From positions 621,940 through 685,939 of the forward strand of contig NMRA01000120.1 of the NCBI GenBank assembly GCA_002633005.1: DNA of 64,000 nt, written 5' to 3'. The DNA is from Phoronis australis. Its lineage: Eukaryota > Animalia > Phoronida. Under the pieces are notes generated by a model, which was given only the letters and a program-made list of their open reading frames with translations, was not told the DNA's origin and did not search any database. Below are positions 1 through 15,110 of the stretch, piece by piece. The position numbers and the translations under genes were made by a program. Position 1 is the stretch's first letter, and every line of letters starts with the position of its first letter.

Positions 1-739
1 ATTTGGTTATAAAAAGTCGCGGTTTCTTGTAAGCAACACCTCGTACAACTTGAATCGTGTGCATGCCGGATTATGTCATGAGTACGTGTAAGCTTTGTGA
101 AAGAATGGATTATTTTGATAGTGAGATTTAGTCCGATTTAAAATCAAAACGGTATAATTATTAATGTGTTTGGATTGTCGGCCATGCGAATACATGCCCA
201 TACCAAGCCATAGATTTCCCATTTCCGCACTGAATAACCAATACATAAATAAACACTTGAAATGAAAGAAACTGCATAAATATCACAGGTGCATCATATT
301 TCGTAAAACACGTCTTCATTAATTCCTCCCACATCTGAAATTAATTGTCTTATCTGTTGATTTATTCGTATAGTTTCTCGGTTCAGTTATTTTTAATGTC
401 GATATGCCGACGAGTGCACGAAGGAGAGCAGACGCTTCACCGTAACAAAAAAATCCAGTGCATCAGTTATCAGTTGCTTATTATTGCATTTGCCTGACCG
501 CTGCAAGACCCCCACACGGCTGATGTGCGTGCACGCTCCTTTCACAGGAATAACCGCGATTGGTGGAGGCACACATTTCCTACTCGTTTTTTTCAACGTA
601 GTTGCTCTGACTTTTTGACTAATGTAAATGTTCCAAGCAGTTGAAGCTTGGACGATGACGCAATCGTATGAGCCACAGAAACAGAAAAACAAGGAAATCA
701 ATGCGCAATCGCGTATCAAACACTAGTGTGAAGGTTAAA

Positions 740-881
740 CATGGGCGGCGCAGCACTGAAAAATGTGGGACGGCTATAGCCCTCCAGCCCCCCTGTGTTG
801 CATCGCCCATAGACAATGGCCGGCGCAGCATTGAAAAAAGTGGGGCTATAGCCCCCCCAGCCTCCTATGGTGCGCCGCCCT
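740..881. mobile_element. Tandem pair of ~70-bp GC-rich MITE-like units
   Basis: Two similar units (ATGG[G/C]CGGCGCAGCA[C/T]TGAAAAA..GGCTATAGCCC..CCAGCC..). Each has imperfect inverted ends (ATGGGCGGCGCA...TGCATCGCCCAT; ATGGCCGGCGCA...TGCGCCGCCC). No clean TSD. Confidence 0.55.
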
Positions 882-3800
882 TATAAAGCGCCATCGCGCA
901 TGCCTACTACCCCCTTGGGTTCACATAACGACAACGAGTTGAAACAATATGCAGTATTTTTTCGTGGATATTATATTCTTGCGTTAATAGACAGAATTTC
1001 GACATACCTCAAGTGAGAATATTTCAAGAGAGGCAGCGAAGTCACTCGCCTAACGGTTACAATTAAAGGGCTTGCTGCTCGTGGCAGAAGTCAAACGCTT
1101 ACAATCCATGGCACGTGTAGCTAAATTCGTAAATTGTAAAAGTTGCCGCATAGAATTTCGAATGGATATCGTAACTAGTGACTACAAGACACCCTGGGGC
1201 ATTTAGGATATCCCCAGGAGAGACGTTAGCGATTACCCTAAACGGTGTTTTTATGTCGTTGATCATGTCCGTAAAAGGGAGGGCAGCCACATGGAAACAT
1301 GGCCTGATTCAGAGAGAAAGGAATGTAAAAATTAAAGTGAAAAGCTAACGCCGAGTCCTTTTGAAAGCAATGGTTTTTTAACCACCGACACAAATTTCCT
1401 TCTTGTACTATCCATTTTATGAAGACACACAGACTCACAATAATATACGCACTCCAAAACATAACAGGCATGCTCCATTGCAAAACACACCACTGCCATC
1501 TTTCGGCCTTTAGTGTTTTACACTTCTGTAGGAACTGGTCAGAATTGTGTTTGAAGTTCCATCTCGTAATGAGCAAAACAGTTATATCCATCACCTCCGA
1601 CGTTTAGTGGGTGCAACAAAAATCTGATTTAAGAAGACCTCGTTAACAGGACATTTACTTACCTCCTGAAGCATCCTTGGTGACAAGCTTAAGCCACAAT
1701 TCGAGTCAAGTTCAGCATTGGAGTTTTCGAAATCGCTCCTGTTGACCATCTTCAGGTGAGCGATAGACAATCATCAATTACCATTTGTGAAAACTGACAT
1801 TGTCATTTATGACAATTGACATTATCGTTTGTTACAACCGATTCACCTCACCAAAAACTGAATCCACGATCTTCAATTCAGAACTCGCAGTCAAGTGGCC
1901 GGGTTGATTTCAGAGAGACAGTAGATTTTTAAGATCTCGTTTTTAATCCCAGTGACAATCAGTTGCCGAAAATTAAAAATCATGATTATTGCTTGTGACA
2001 GGATCACACAGCAGCGATCATCGCTCACTTGAAGATGGTCGGAAAAACCATCCCCCGAAACGTCGTGAGAAATTTAATATGGAAGTTGGTGCAAATGAAT
2101 CGAACGGTGAATACCGTATTAACAAGGTCCAGGATTTTATTACTCACAAAATACTATCTGATCTTGCACTGCGCCGAACCGGGAAGACGATTTCAGCTGA
2201 CGAACGATGAAAAAGTAATTCGACACTGAATACGTTATAATTATCACAAATGATCAGGTGTTCGAGTGTATTTCTATTTGTTACGTCTGGTGCGTTTCTA
2301 GTTCTGAAAGTGGTTGTCGCATAGCCATATGACTTCAAATGAGTAATCGAACAGAAATGCTTTGATCCATTGAATATCATGTCACATATCGTTTTACGCC
2401 GTATCGCAAGAGTACTTGTGAGACACGTAGGGACTTTTCCTGTTATAAGACATCACGTCTAGCTTCCATCAGCCGGCAGAACCAAACACAACACAGGGAT
2501 TCCCCTAGAGTTCTCACTGCTACTCAAAACATCGCTCTATCAAGACTTGTTAGGACTGAAAGCAATGCCTACATCCGAGGAACTCCCACGCGGGGGAATG
2601 GCGATTAATACGCCGTCATTTTTGCAAAAACATTCGTTGGGGTTCGTTTTAAGCCAAATAGGTTTAAGTTCCAGAACTCGTTTCCAGCCTGGAATTCCTA
2701 CTAGGCTACCAGGGTGAGATTTGCAGAAGGGTCCTACAGAGGGTTACGACGAGGACGACAGGACACAGGGGGAGGCGAATGTTAAAATTGAAACATATCA
2801 TAGGGTGAATATTGTCGGAAAAAAGATGCTACAGGGTAGAGGCTTTGCAAATCGTCAATGGAAAACGTACAACTTTTACTGGATAGACAGATTCCGTCCC
2901 TCGTAGATAAGCCGTCAAAATTGTAGATAAGGCGTAAATTAAAATTAAGTTACCCTCGCGCAACCGACCGTAAAGTATGTGCGCGACTCAAAATGCTTTA
3001 TTTGATTTCTGACAAAAGAATTCTGACACCTGTAGTATTTATTGGACAAAAATGAGAATGCCCCCACGATGAAAAGTAGAGCATCAAAATAGTTTACTTG
3101 ACGACCTACCTTAACCCAAGAACAGTGACGATCGTGCGGGGGAATTAATTTAGTGAACGCTTGAGTAAAGCAAAACTAGAAAGCTATAACAGTATGTTTC
3201 GTGCATATCAACTTCATAACCCTGATAAAAACTGAAACGTGTGAATTTTAACATGCTATTGTCAAATATTTTATCAATTTAACTTTGCTTTATTAGGTCA
3301 AATTCTGCACTGTTTATTTCAAAGGTCATTTACGCGAAATGACTTCTGTGGTCACATTCGGAGACTGCTTCTGTCTGCGAACGAGAGCTTTTTCAAAATT
3401 TTGTCCGCACTTAGAAAGTGATACTGCACAACTTGACTGCACTGACAAGTATGACAGGCGAGTGCAAACGCATTAAAATGCAGTATCATTCCCAAATAGT
3501 TAATAATGGAAATTACCCATTTGAAAGACGCGATACGTGAAACATGTGCACTCGGGTTACAAATCGTTGGGCATTGTTGTTAGCCCTTGTTGTATTTTTA
3601 TTACCCCAAAAATTCAAATAACGCACCTGCATGAAATATGACATAATGTCAGGTTATAGGGTATTCTGATTTCATTTAGATTGGGTAAACTAGTCGCCAT
3701 AAGTACAAACTGATGCATCACCACATTTTTTTAAATTAAAATTCTCTTTTTCAACTCACCGCGCCGAAATAAGTTATGTAGTTTTAGCTAACTCTTCACT

Positions 3801-6800
3801 TGAATTGACTTAACGTGTCTTCACTCTCGTTTTTTTTTAAAAAAAACTTTCAACTGTCCAGTGCCAACCCGTAAAAGCACAATTTTCTGAATCTTCGAGT
3901 AACGAAAAATCTAAACTCGGTAATAAAATTAAACAAACGAATTAAATACAGGCTAAACAATACTTTCTTGTCAGGCATTTCAACGTATAGGATGCAAATG
4001 GCTTGTGTTTGAACTAGTACGTCTTTTACGCTCATTACCCAATAAAAATTCTTGTTAAACGATGTTCCAAGCGTTCACTTTTGATGACTATTTTTGTTTG
4101 AACATGAATAAAACCTAGAGAAATTTATTTTGCGACAGCGCAAATATTTAGAATCGATGTTCAAAATTGCTAAAAAAATAGCGTCGACATTCGAAATTGT
4201 CGTTAAAGATTTGTCACGTACGCCAGTTGTAGATTGTCGAAATCAGGTCAAGCAGCTCTGGTATCTGGCACACAAGTATGTTTAGAAAATTCCAAAGTGT
4301 AGAAAATGGAAATAAAAGATACCATTATACTGCAATATATGGATATGAGCATTTGAAAAATTCCGCAATAAGTGACAATCGTCTTTCAAGATGTTTTTAT
4401 CGAAAGTGGCCATCAAGATAATTGATATTGACAGAAAATACAAATACAAAAAAATTTTTGCAGCTTCATGAAACTTTTGAACCGTTGCTGGACATGGGCG
4501 CAGTACAGGTATAGATTACACAGTCCGTTGGGAAAACTTAGTCATCGGGTTAGTATGACAGGCGGATTTAGGGCCAGTGTGCCTATCCCAGTGCTACTGA
4601 ACAAGACCAAAGCGAACACATGTTCTTTGGTCAACATGGTGCTGCCTCCTTTGGGGTCCAAGGGAAAAAGTATGAATGCGTTGAATTTAACGAGGCTAAG
4701 TAAAACTCAACATTTACGGATACTGAACGAATCAAAAGGTCACTAGCCGTCAAGGCGCTAGCTTATCAAGTGGGCAGAATTCAGCGAAAATGATTCGCTA
4801 GGGTTCCACAGGTCCCAACTCCCAGGTTTCATCCGCACATTTTCACAAAAGGAAATACTATAAGGTACTTTGTAGCGATGACAGCATGTGCGTGAGCTAC
4901 ACTAGCATCTCCACGCAATTGCTGTAACATACGTTTTCAAAAGACCCACTTTCCGGAGTAGGCCAAAATTGCTTGAAACCATGCTCTAAATTGGCTTGCA
5001 TCGTCTCAAGCAGTAACGAGCTGCCAGTCCTTCACACGCCAAGGAATCAGCTTTAGTATGATTAAGCAACAAGTTGGGCCCAACTTTGTATCTGTGAGTG
5101 GTCTAAGTTAATTATGTGACGTCAATAGGAATTTTCATTAATGTACTTTAAAACCTTTCGTTACATTTCCGACCCGTTCTGTGTTTAAATAAGAAAAATA
5201 AGAATTTATCCATCGCATAACTAGGCAGTTCTTCACCTCAATACTTGAATATATACTGTACCAAAAATATAAAAATGGGTATGTGCACTAAACTGTACAG
5301 ATGACGATTTATTTCAAGTTGTTCAAAACACTGGTGCATTCGCAGTTTGTCTCTTCGTCCCAAGTACTCGGAGTCGCGCACACTTCCAAACGAAGACTCT
5401 TATCCACGCTGGCGGCAAAAATTAACCGAAAAACAGCGTAGCCAGAAGTCGATTAGCTTATTAAATCATCCCCAAGCGACGCCCGCTCTCAGCGAGATGG
5501 TCTTTGCTTACAGAACATTACGCAGTTGTTTTCTCTTGCTTTGACTAGAAACCCAATGTGTACGCCAAGAAGCCTAATTAAAGATGTTTTAGATGCCCTT
5601 ACACATGAACGAGCATGAGAGCTGGTGTGCAACGGTTGACAAAGAAAATATTTTTGTTGTCAAAGCGATGAGCGAAAACACAAATTTCACAAACCACACA
5701 GTGCACCACAATTGGAGTGAAGTGGCAACTGACACGGTTGTCATGTGGGCAAAGCACTGCAGCGCCGCCTGGGGGAGGTAGAGCTCATGCGCTACTCAGA
5801 TTCTGAGGCGAAAAACGTGGGCAACTTTAAACTTAATTATAACAAAAGGCCATGCCATGTTACATGTTTTAACATTAGTGCCGGCGTCATGTAAACCTTC
5901 AAATCAGAAATAAAAATTGAAATTGCTTTTCAAGACGAACACATAAGTGCCACATACGCAATTATGCTACGGCGAAAGTGTTATGCATAAATCAGCGTTT
6001 TGGCTGTATCCGAAAAGCGATACGAGAACACGAAAAAAGCTTGAAAGTTATGCTTTCTAATATTGGTTGTGGGTGCGGTACTTGAAATGCCGCTTATCTT
6101 TTCTTTAAATTGATGTAACAACCAGAATTTATTCAAAGTATTGAAACCATGCAACACTATTGCATTTAAGGAAATTCCAAACAAAAAACAAGTAATTGGA
6201 TGTGGTCCCAAACAGTGTCATTTTTTGGAAAACGTCTGCTGTAGTTTCGGGTAATAATCACCAAAAACGAAGCGGGAAGATTTTGTAGAACGGGTGCGTA
6301 GATAACAACAGTCAAGTACGTCTGCCCAAAAGACATAATCCAGATTCCGAACATGATCTTCGTAGGAATCATATTTTGTTATTACACAATACTTGTCTTG
6401 TTTCGCTATAGGCTATACCCGTACCCAAGGAAAATGGAGCAACACGTTTTGGAAGGAAATCGTCCCATTTTTCTGTGTGCATTGATCATCAAAAATGGGG
6501 AGCTAGACTGCCTCATATCGATTTTACCCGAGTTGTTTAATCAATGCCATAAGTATCGGGTTAAGCATATAATAGAAATTTATGAATCGAATTTATTTTC
6601 AGTTTCAAAGAGGTAAGACGCAATCGACTTCAAACAAGTCTCCAAGAAACGTCGCATGCAAGTACTATTTTCATGATTCAAAATACTGTATTTTCGTTGG
6701 TATTCCCAAAAAGAGAGTCCAATATAGTTCAACAAGTGTTTATTCCAATAGACAGCGCATCTGTATGTAATCTTAATTTAATTTGGCATCAGGTTAGTAC

Positions 6801-7498
6801 TGCACGGAAACGCTTGAAATCAGGAACACCTTGTCCTTTGAAACGTCCGCCAATTTAAACGCAATAATGAAGGCGCTACCTGCGGCTGTGTGAGCTGGTC
6901 TCTTTTGTCACTATCTTCGAGCTTTCATAGCAAATTGGTTGATTGTACAGTGTCTATCTCTCGTCACTGTCAAACGCCTAACAGATTTCCAATGGTAATG
7001 ACCACTAGATCTTGGGTAATGACGTAGATATCCTATCAATCATGATACTCTACAGGTTGTTCCGTGCGTTACGTATGTATTACAAAGGGCGCAGAAACCC
7101 GGGGATACTTACTCAGGACACATACCTTCGTCAATTGCACTAACTGACAAAACGGATTAAGCGTGCGCAGGAAAATCGCAGAGGCACAACTAGCCTTCTT
7201 CTAGCGAGCAGTCGGCTTCGTGCAAGCCGAAAATACTGGCTCTATTGATTTATTTGAAAAGTTCCATAAGTTGACTAGCCTAAAAGGTGTCGCTTCAGTG
7301 ATTCGCGTTTACTGCGAACTAACACCAGCGCATTATATACTACGTAGGCAGTGGGGGTTATAGATCCGTTTTCGTGATCCAGATATCGCAAAAATAGAAT
7401 TAAACGTAAAAAAATATTGTGACTATGTGACCCAATCTGTGCTTTTGTTGCTCGTCGTCATTTCTTGATCAATCACGAGGCAGCAGTGCCGTCCACAC

Positions 7499-7658
7499 CA
7501 GTGAATGATTTAAAGGGGGGGGGGGCAAGGGGGCCATGGACCCCCTAAAATTCTCCCAGGTTCCATATGGCAGTTCGAGGGTGCGAATGTCTGACGGGCA
7601 AAATCCTGGATAATACTCTGTACTGCCCCCCCAACTCAAAATCCTGGATCCGCCTCTG
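7499..7658. mobile_element. Non-autonomous DNA transposon (MITE) with 5-bp TSD
   Basis: CAG...CTG termini (CAGTGAATGATTTA / TGGATCCGCCTCTG, imperfect TIR), poly-G/poly-C subterminal runs, direct repeat CACAC at 7494-7498 and 7659-7663. Confidence 0.7.
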
Positions 7659-10600
7659 CACACTATGAGTTAGAACATGGAACAAGTTACTTTAGGAACG
7701 AGTAGTCACTAGGTTTAGTAGTAGTGTGGACACTGCTTGCGCTGGGGCAACTAGACCTGTGTGACAAGTCAACCACGTTATCGGGGTAGGGTTACTTGCC
7801 CCATTGCAAGTGTGGAAAACAAAGAAGAGGTGCCATGTTCACTTATTCATTTTTACGCAAGGTTTCACTTTATGGGTCAGGAACTTTACAAAACGATTCA
7901 TTTTCCAGCAGAATTGTACGAAATGGTTCACATTTTGGTGTCTTGGGCTATTGCATACAAAAGTGCGTGTTAGAGAAACAACCAGTCACTAGAAGGTATT
8001 ATTTCGTTAAGAAAGCCGGCATTTATGGTGCTGACTCTTCGAGAAGGCTGATTATCCTATTCATTTCCCAAGCAGAACGCTACCTTCAAAAAAGGTCGGA
8101 GTGCCCCACCAGGGATGATTGAGGTGAAACAGTCTTATCTCACATGTAGCCTGAGGCTTTGTAGAAATATTGTCACTAAGTCACAGTGTTACTCGAGACA
8201 GCACTAACGCAAACACAAAACACACATAGGGCCCAGCGCTCGGTTTGTAATCAAAACAAACAGAACTGAGCCTTTCAAATGGTCACGTCAGAACCAACTG
8301 CACAAAATCTCCGATGACATTCCCATAATTTCTGAGACAAGACAGACTGAGATCGAAAACGCAGAATTGGATCAGACTTTGCTTTCCTTTTCGCTGTTCT
8401 ACTAAGGCAATGAAGTCCGTCCCCTCGAGACATCATTCTTAAGGATTCTCTTTTGTAGTGTTACCAGTTTAGAATATAAAGCTCAAGTCGATACTATCAC
8501 TAAAACCGCGAATAACTTCACTAGAGATGTCTTTAAAAATAGTTCATGAAACTATTGTACTGACACATGTTTCGCATCAGTAACTGAACAATTAACAATT
8601 AAAACTTTAGTACATGCAGTAAACAAATGTGCCAAAAACAGTCGCCTGTATTCGACTGAAGAATGAAACTAAACTATCTTTGTGGCTTCTGAAAAAACAA
8701 AACAAGTAAAGAAGGAAAGACGATCTTAAATGAAACCTAGTGACATGGACTAAGAGTTACACTGAGCGTACTGATATATTTAAAGCGGAGAGAACTTTAG
8801 ACAGTTTTTGACCTTGTGTTCAAATTATACCACAGTTGCGACTGCAAGTATTGAATTCAAAGGGTTGCTTCTTATAAGAGCCAGTTTCCTCGCTGCAATC
8901 TTGACCGTGATTTTCGACCATCACCTCGTCGCTGTGACTGGAAAACAACGGCCTCACTGCACCGTCGCCGATGACTTCTTCATCAGAAACCAGTCTAAAT
9001 AATCCCAGTAACTGATACTTTTGTTAAAACTACAAAAAGGTGCCAAAGGCACCGGATTCGTATTATCTTTCAAAATACGCGAGAATCTCCGAGTTATCGT
9101 TTTTTTGTATTGTGCGTACTATCGGTGACCTTTGCAGCAAACAATGAGGCGTGTTCCGTTGCCGTTACTAGCTCGTTATCTCTTCATGCTGAAGTGGTCC
9201 CCCGTTGCGCGCAAACACATTCTTTATGGTTTAACGTGCAGGCCTCTCGGGCGCTGTTCTTGTAATGGTGCACTGAGTTAAACACGATTCGAATACAGCA
9301 ATCATGGTTTTTCTGCTCTTTTATCAGACACGTTTTGGTCGGTGGGTCTTAAATGAAACACAAAACGATTTAAAGGGGAAAGTCGGTTTCACGGCGGAAA
9401 AACCATTTAATTTTGTTAATATTGCTGGACAGGATAGATTTTTGAAAGATATTAGCTATGACTACAGCCTTAAAACAGTGGAAACCGTTGTTTTTGGGAT
9501 TTTAGCAGAGATAGCAGATTTTCCCTACGTTGGCTTCCAGTCATTGGGTAGAATAAACAGACATCTTAGCAGGCTACTGTATAAATGTGCACAGCCCCTT
9601 CTTTCTTTAAGCATGAAGTCGCTGATTGTTTTTGATTATTTTTTTCAAATTACTGAGGCCTAATCAGTAAATGGATTTGTTAAATTTTGTTAACTAAGAC
9701 ACCCTTGTGTTTTTTGCTTTAGATAGTACCAGCACACGCGCCACGAAAGATGTATGTGCGTCCCACTAGCTTTGTATGCAACTCGCGTGCCTGCGTTACC
9801 TGTCTCGAGCAATCAGGACTTGCGCGCATCTTTTTTTCTGACACTAATCAACAGATGTCACATTCTTTGAATTGTATCCGACATTTACATTTCGCTAATT
9901 ACATACACGGGCTAAACGACCCAGGTGTTCGCGTGGCGGGCACCCGTGAGGGCTACTTGACCAAAAACAATTACGGCCAATCATCGGCACCAGGCGAAAT
10001 GACAACACTGACCACTCGCATATCTCCGGGCTACTAACCTTGCACTTTGACCAGTAATTGCCACTTAATAAATCGTATTAAAGTGTCGAATCCACGGGAT
10101 ACACAAAGCCACTAAACTGAGAGGACTACATGTACTTCCGGTCACTCAGCGCCGTCGAACGTAGCTGTCATGTTACTCTTGGAACGACAACGCAGACTTG
10201 TTAAATAAATAACCTTTGACCTAAGAGAGCAGTTTACTCAAGAACTGTTACGAGATCAAACAGAAACAATTGTGAACCTTTCAAATGATTTCATTTTACA
10301 AAGGTTTACATAAATAAAATATCGGTTTTACATTTTTGTATCGTGGTTTCCTCTACTTTCTAACAAAGGGAGTTTCACACACGTTTCAGTAAACATTTCA
10401 AAAATATTTCGAGCTATAATCAAAACTTCAAAACCCTTGGAACGTCGAAAATAGCGTTTTTTCTTTTTAAAGTTTTCTTGTAGCTATCTTTTTGCAAATT
10501 TAAATTGTCATGAGATTTATTCGAAACAGCAAAAATGTTTGGCTTCGTTCAAATTTTTTAACAACTTCACTCTAAGGCATATTAAAAACAGAAGTGGCCG

Positions 10601-13600
10601 CAATTCTCCTGAAGCGATCTGAAAATAGGCTGCACGAGCGCAGATGAATCGCAAGTAAGAACAGTTTTGGAGAATAAGAAATCAAAAATAACGAATCAGT
10701 CATGTCTTCAGCTTACCAGTTTGTGCAACGTTAATGCAAGGGTTAAAACCTTATTACTTGGTCATGAAACTCCTTTCACTTGCAGGTCACTAGAAAATCT
10801 TAGGCCGAGGTTGAGTTTCTTAGACGCAAGAATCTCGCCAAGGAAGCGAGAAATACATGGCGATATCTAGTGAAGTCTTGCAAGAAATTTGGTCCACGGA
10901 ACGCACGCCCGGCTAGCGATGAAGTGATGACGTCACGCAAGTCCTTGCCTGGTGTTTATACTTGGTTTGCGTAGAGCGAATCCATTCGAGCTGCACTCGC
11001 TGTGATTATGTCAACAAGTTCTTTATTTAACGTATATTATCTCTTTAAAGTGTGATTCCGTGCCTATGTAAGCATCTATTATTTCACCGACTCTTCGCTC
11101 TGTCAATAGATAGCTGAGGCAATTATTATCCCCTCTCTTTGCTATCGGTTAAAATTACAATTGTTGCCGAAGCACACGGGCTACAATTGCGCCCAGAGGA
11201 TAAACGTATCGGATGAGTTGAGTCCTGTCGGCGTATTGCCGGGTGAGTTTACACAAAGCCCAGTTGGGGTGTAACACTGAGCAGCGCTGATTGTCTCAAG
11301 CATAGAGAATTGGTGAATTATAACAATTCTGACAAAGCTCTCCGTGAAACCCTTTTGTGTCGCGAAGAAAAAGGTGTCAAGCGGTTGTCTAAATGACGTG
11401 TAAATATTAAAACAGATTTGACAATGGACAGAGAAGCTGACCTTTAGATTGTAGCCAGAAATCTGAGTAACTTGATCAGACGGCGTTCAAGCAAATCGAA
11501 GCAAATCGCATTTTCTTTATGACTTCGGATATTCCCTTATTCCAATATTCTAGTATAAATGGTACATGGGACTTGAGAATAAAAGTAACCATTGCCTGTC
11601 AGTTTCACGTTCCTTAATGGTGTTATTTGAACTGTGTGTCGAGTGCAAACTATCACTTGGTGTTTCCAAGTTCCTGCAATTATTTTGGGGTGTCTTGTTA
11701 ACTCAGAGAACTAGTGGCGATGGATTGAGAATACTAAAGGTTAGAACGATCCAGCAGTGACTAACGAGTTTGTTACTGTTGCAAATGGCTGAAATTATAG
11801 GAAATAAGTATTTCATTCCAAAGTTATGTACTTGAGAGTATGGTTCTGGAACTTGACACGTGACGAAACAACAAATCCGTGAAAACGATGCTCTCTTCAA
11901 CAGGGCTGCTTTCCGTAGACGCGCTAAGACACTCGAGGAATCGCAAGACAACTCATCAGACTTCGAGTGCGAAATATCGCTATATCTAACAAGCGAAGCA
12001 CGTGGTGACATAAGCTTTCCTAGCGAGTGCCTGGGGTTTGCGGAACGCAGCTAGGGTGCCTCCAAGAAAACTTTCTGGTACTAGCGTCCACGCGAGCATT
12101 TAAGTCCAGTACAGCTGTTCGTAAATTTGACCTCACCTATCTCTGAATTTTGGCCCATGCACCTGAATCCGAAACATTTAAGTTTAACTATTCAGCAAGT
12201 GAAAGCTGAATTATTCATTGCAATAGACGATGACGTGATTTTGTCTTAAAGTTACAATAAACACGCATTCCGTACAACGCCGGGAAATAAATTTTGATTT
12301 AGACCAATTATCGCTACAAGATTAGTTTCAACTTTTTCCGAACTCAAATGAGAATCGATTTCAGGTGTTACAATGAACTGACAGTTTTTCATTACTCGAG
12401 ACCATTCTCGGCAGATGAAGTGATACTCCTGATGTCAAGCAATTGTGACTTGTGAGTTCAGGAATCACATTCATTTTGACTAAGGCGTAATTTGAGCACA
12501 CTTTTGGAGGTAAGCTATCTGAATCCAAAATGTTTGTGTGATGAAATGTGAGCTTATGATAGCTATTTTGAGACCATCTACAACTCCTCTCATAAAATTC
12601 AAATCATAAACCAGGCTATTCAGCGACAAAAATATGTCTCAAAGCTTTTTATATTATAACAAAAAAGCTTCCCACCCTAAAATCATCATTACGGTGAGTA
12701 AAAACGGCTCCCAATATGCAGCTGCAATTTTGATGGGGTCAGGGTACGGACAAAGTACTAAACTTTCTTGGATTGAACAAAGAAACTGATATATCATGTC
12801 AAAGCAAATTTTGAAGTCAATTGTCATAATTTCAATAAGTCTGTTTCGGGATTTCCATGTTTAGGCCGTAGCTTTGCAGAAAATGTCGATTTTTAAAATT
12901 ATTTCATGATATTTAAAAATACAATGATGTAGTTGAATTATAATAATGAAGACAAAATAAATTATTAAACAATTTCAGGCATAAGAGAATTATTTCGCGC
13001 TTACAAGTGAATCGTAGGCGTATGCGCCTCTTAATGTGTGAACAATTTGAGTAAAAATGATTAGTTGTAAAAAACACTGTTTCAAATACAGGCACATGTG
13101 TTACACCCATGTGCCTGAGTTTGAAAACCTTTGGGTGTACGGTACTCTTCCAAACACACGGATGCGGCGGTGTAGGCATTTGCTTATAAATATATGAAAG
13201 AAGTCCACGTTTTGGTTTGAGGACATAAAGAGACATTAAGGCCCAAAATGGATTTTGGGGCTATTCTTGGGTCGAACAGATTAGACCAGACAAATCGCCG
13301 TTGTTGGCCAGACGTTCGCTGCAATCAAGGCCGATGACATTGTCAGTTAAACACGCTTAGTGTACTCTGCCATTTATCTCGTCAGCAGAGCATTAGACTA
13401 CGACTGGAGGGGAGGGGGGTTGCACGTCCGATTACGCGCTGAGTCTGAACTCAGAAAATCACCTGTTTCGACGATAATGTATCTTTAAGAACAGGCGGAA
13501 CAAAATCTGGTATTGCGGTGACTATTTTGGCGGAAGCTGTCTCTTCCACTGGGCCAGTTTAAAAAAAGTTGAATTTTTAAATTTTCTCCCATCAGAGCCT

Positions 13601-14899
13601 GGCACAATCGATTCTAGTACTAGTACAGTTGGGCTAAAGAGCGCAACAACGGAGATACATGTATATGTGGCTCGCTAAAGCGAGTTCAGTGGGGAAAATG
13701 GGAATACATTGTACGTATAGAGTGATCATTGCATGGCAGTCTTCTCAATTTATGAGAGAAATGCACAAATTGCAAAGCATTCGACTGTTTTGTCAAAAAA
13801 TTTGTCAGGCGCCTTCTGTTTTGAGCCAGAATCTGTATCTATCAACTTTACATATTCTATAACATTAAAACGCAAGAATTTAATCAAATGTTTTAGAGTT
13901 TCAATTACCCAGTATAACAAGGCCAGTGCTTGCACTAAGTGGTCTCGGTGCCTCTCAGTGCGCAGATTGACCTACATGTGTGCACTGCGAAGGTGTTCAC
14001 GTGTGGAGTAATAAATCCCCGAGGAAGCGAAATGAATAATGAACATAGATGAAGGAAGACTGCGTAAGGAGAAGTCACAGACAGGAATTACAAGTACACT
14101 TTTGCAGAATTAGCCGTCATCACATTGCGTTGGCGACCAACGGTGGTGGCCAGCGTGTCAGAAATCTAACGAATGCGTGAACAACCATTGATTTCAATTC
14201 ATCAATTGTGTATAAAAGAGGGTACAATCTAAACAATAAACACCCCCGCAAAACATCACGGTTTTAGCGTTCTTAACTTCGTCATTTTTGTTTCGAACCC
14301 ATTAACTATCTGACAGGATATCACTGGTTATCAGGGCGCCCGTAGAGTGGCGTGCATCGAGATTGCTCGTACCATTCTCAATCTGTAAGCCCACACGAAA
14401 CACAAACATGAATTTCATCCTGTACTCGAGAATGGCCACCTAAATGAACCACATAGTGGTCCACAGTTCCAAGAACTAGCTCTTGTGGATATCGTGCACA
14501 AAAGGGTCATACACCGGGCGGGTGGCAATTCAAATAATGCTCGAAGCATTAAAGTTAAGTGCTTCATCAAACTGTTTTCTTATTATGACAAAGCAAGAAC
14601 AGATATTTCTTATGGAAAACAATTTGACACCACCGAAATATCTTTGTTGTTCACTTTGACCAGAATTTAGAAGAAACCAGTAAGACTCAATGGCTAATTC
14701 ATTTTGGTGGAATGATTTCTGACTTAAGAGCTAGGGTAATTGATATTTAAAAAAAATAAAATTGTAAAAAGTCTCAAAAACACAAGTTTCAAATTTAATT
14801 ATGTAAAGCCGACATCGATGCTAAGAAAGAAGAACAGAAAGTTTGAGAGATAAAATTACCATTTGGTGGAGGCGTTCGCTTTTCCATGGCCCGCTGTTC

Positions 14900-15110
14900 A
14901 CAACAACACGTTTTTTCCGTTGTTCGACTATGACGAGGATAGCTTTTGAACTGGAAAAAGTCTCATTGTACTGAATTAAATCTTCATTTGTCATGTTCTC
15001 AAATATTTCCAAAAACTGCAGCACGGGCGAATATAGTTCCGCCCGAAAGAAAGAGATCGAGTCGTTTACACCCATTCCGTGATTCCTGGAAAATCAACAC
15101 ATTCCGCCCT
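14900..15110 (-). pseudogene. Possible decayed Mutator-like transposase fragment
   Basis: Minus-strand peptide SPVLQFLEIFENMTNEDLIQYNETFSS resembles the P(I)FEDL(S/T)xxDLL...NESFNS motif of invertebrate Mutator-like transposases. An upstream PGITEW-(frameshift)-CK resembles CPxGxxSWCK. Recognised from memory only. Confidence 0.3.
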
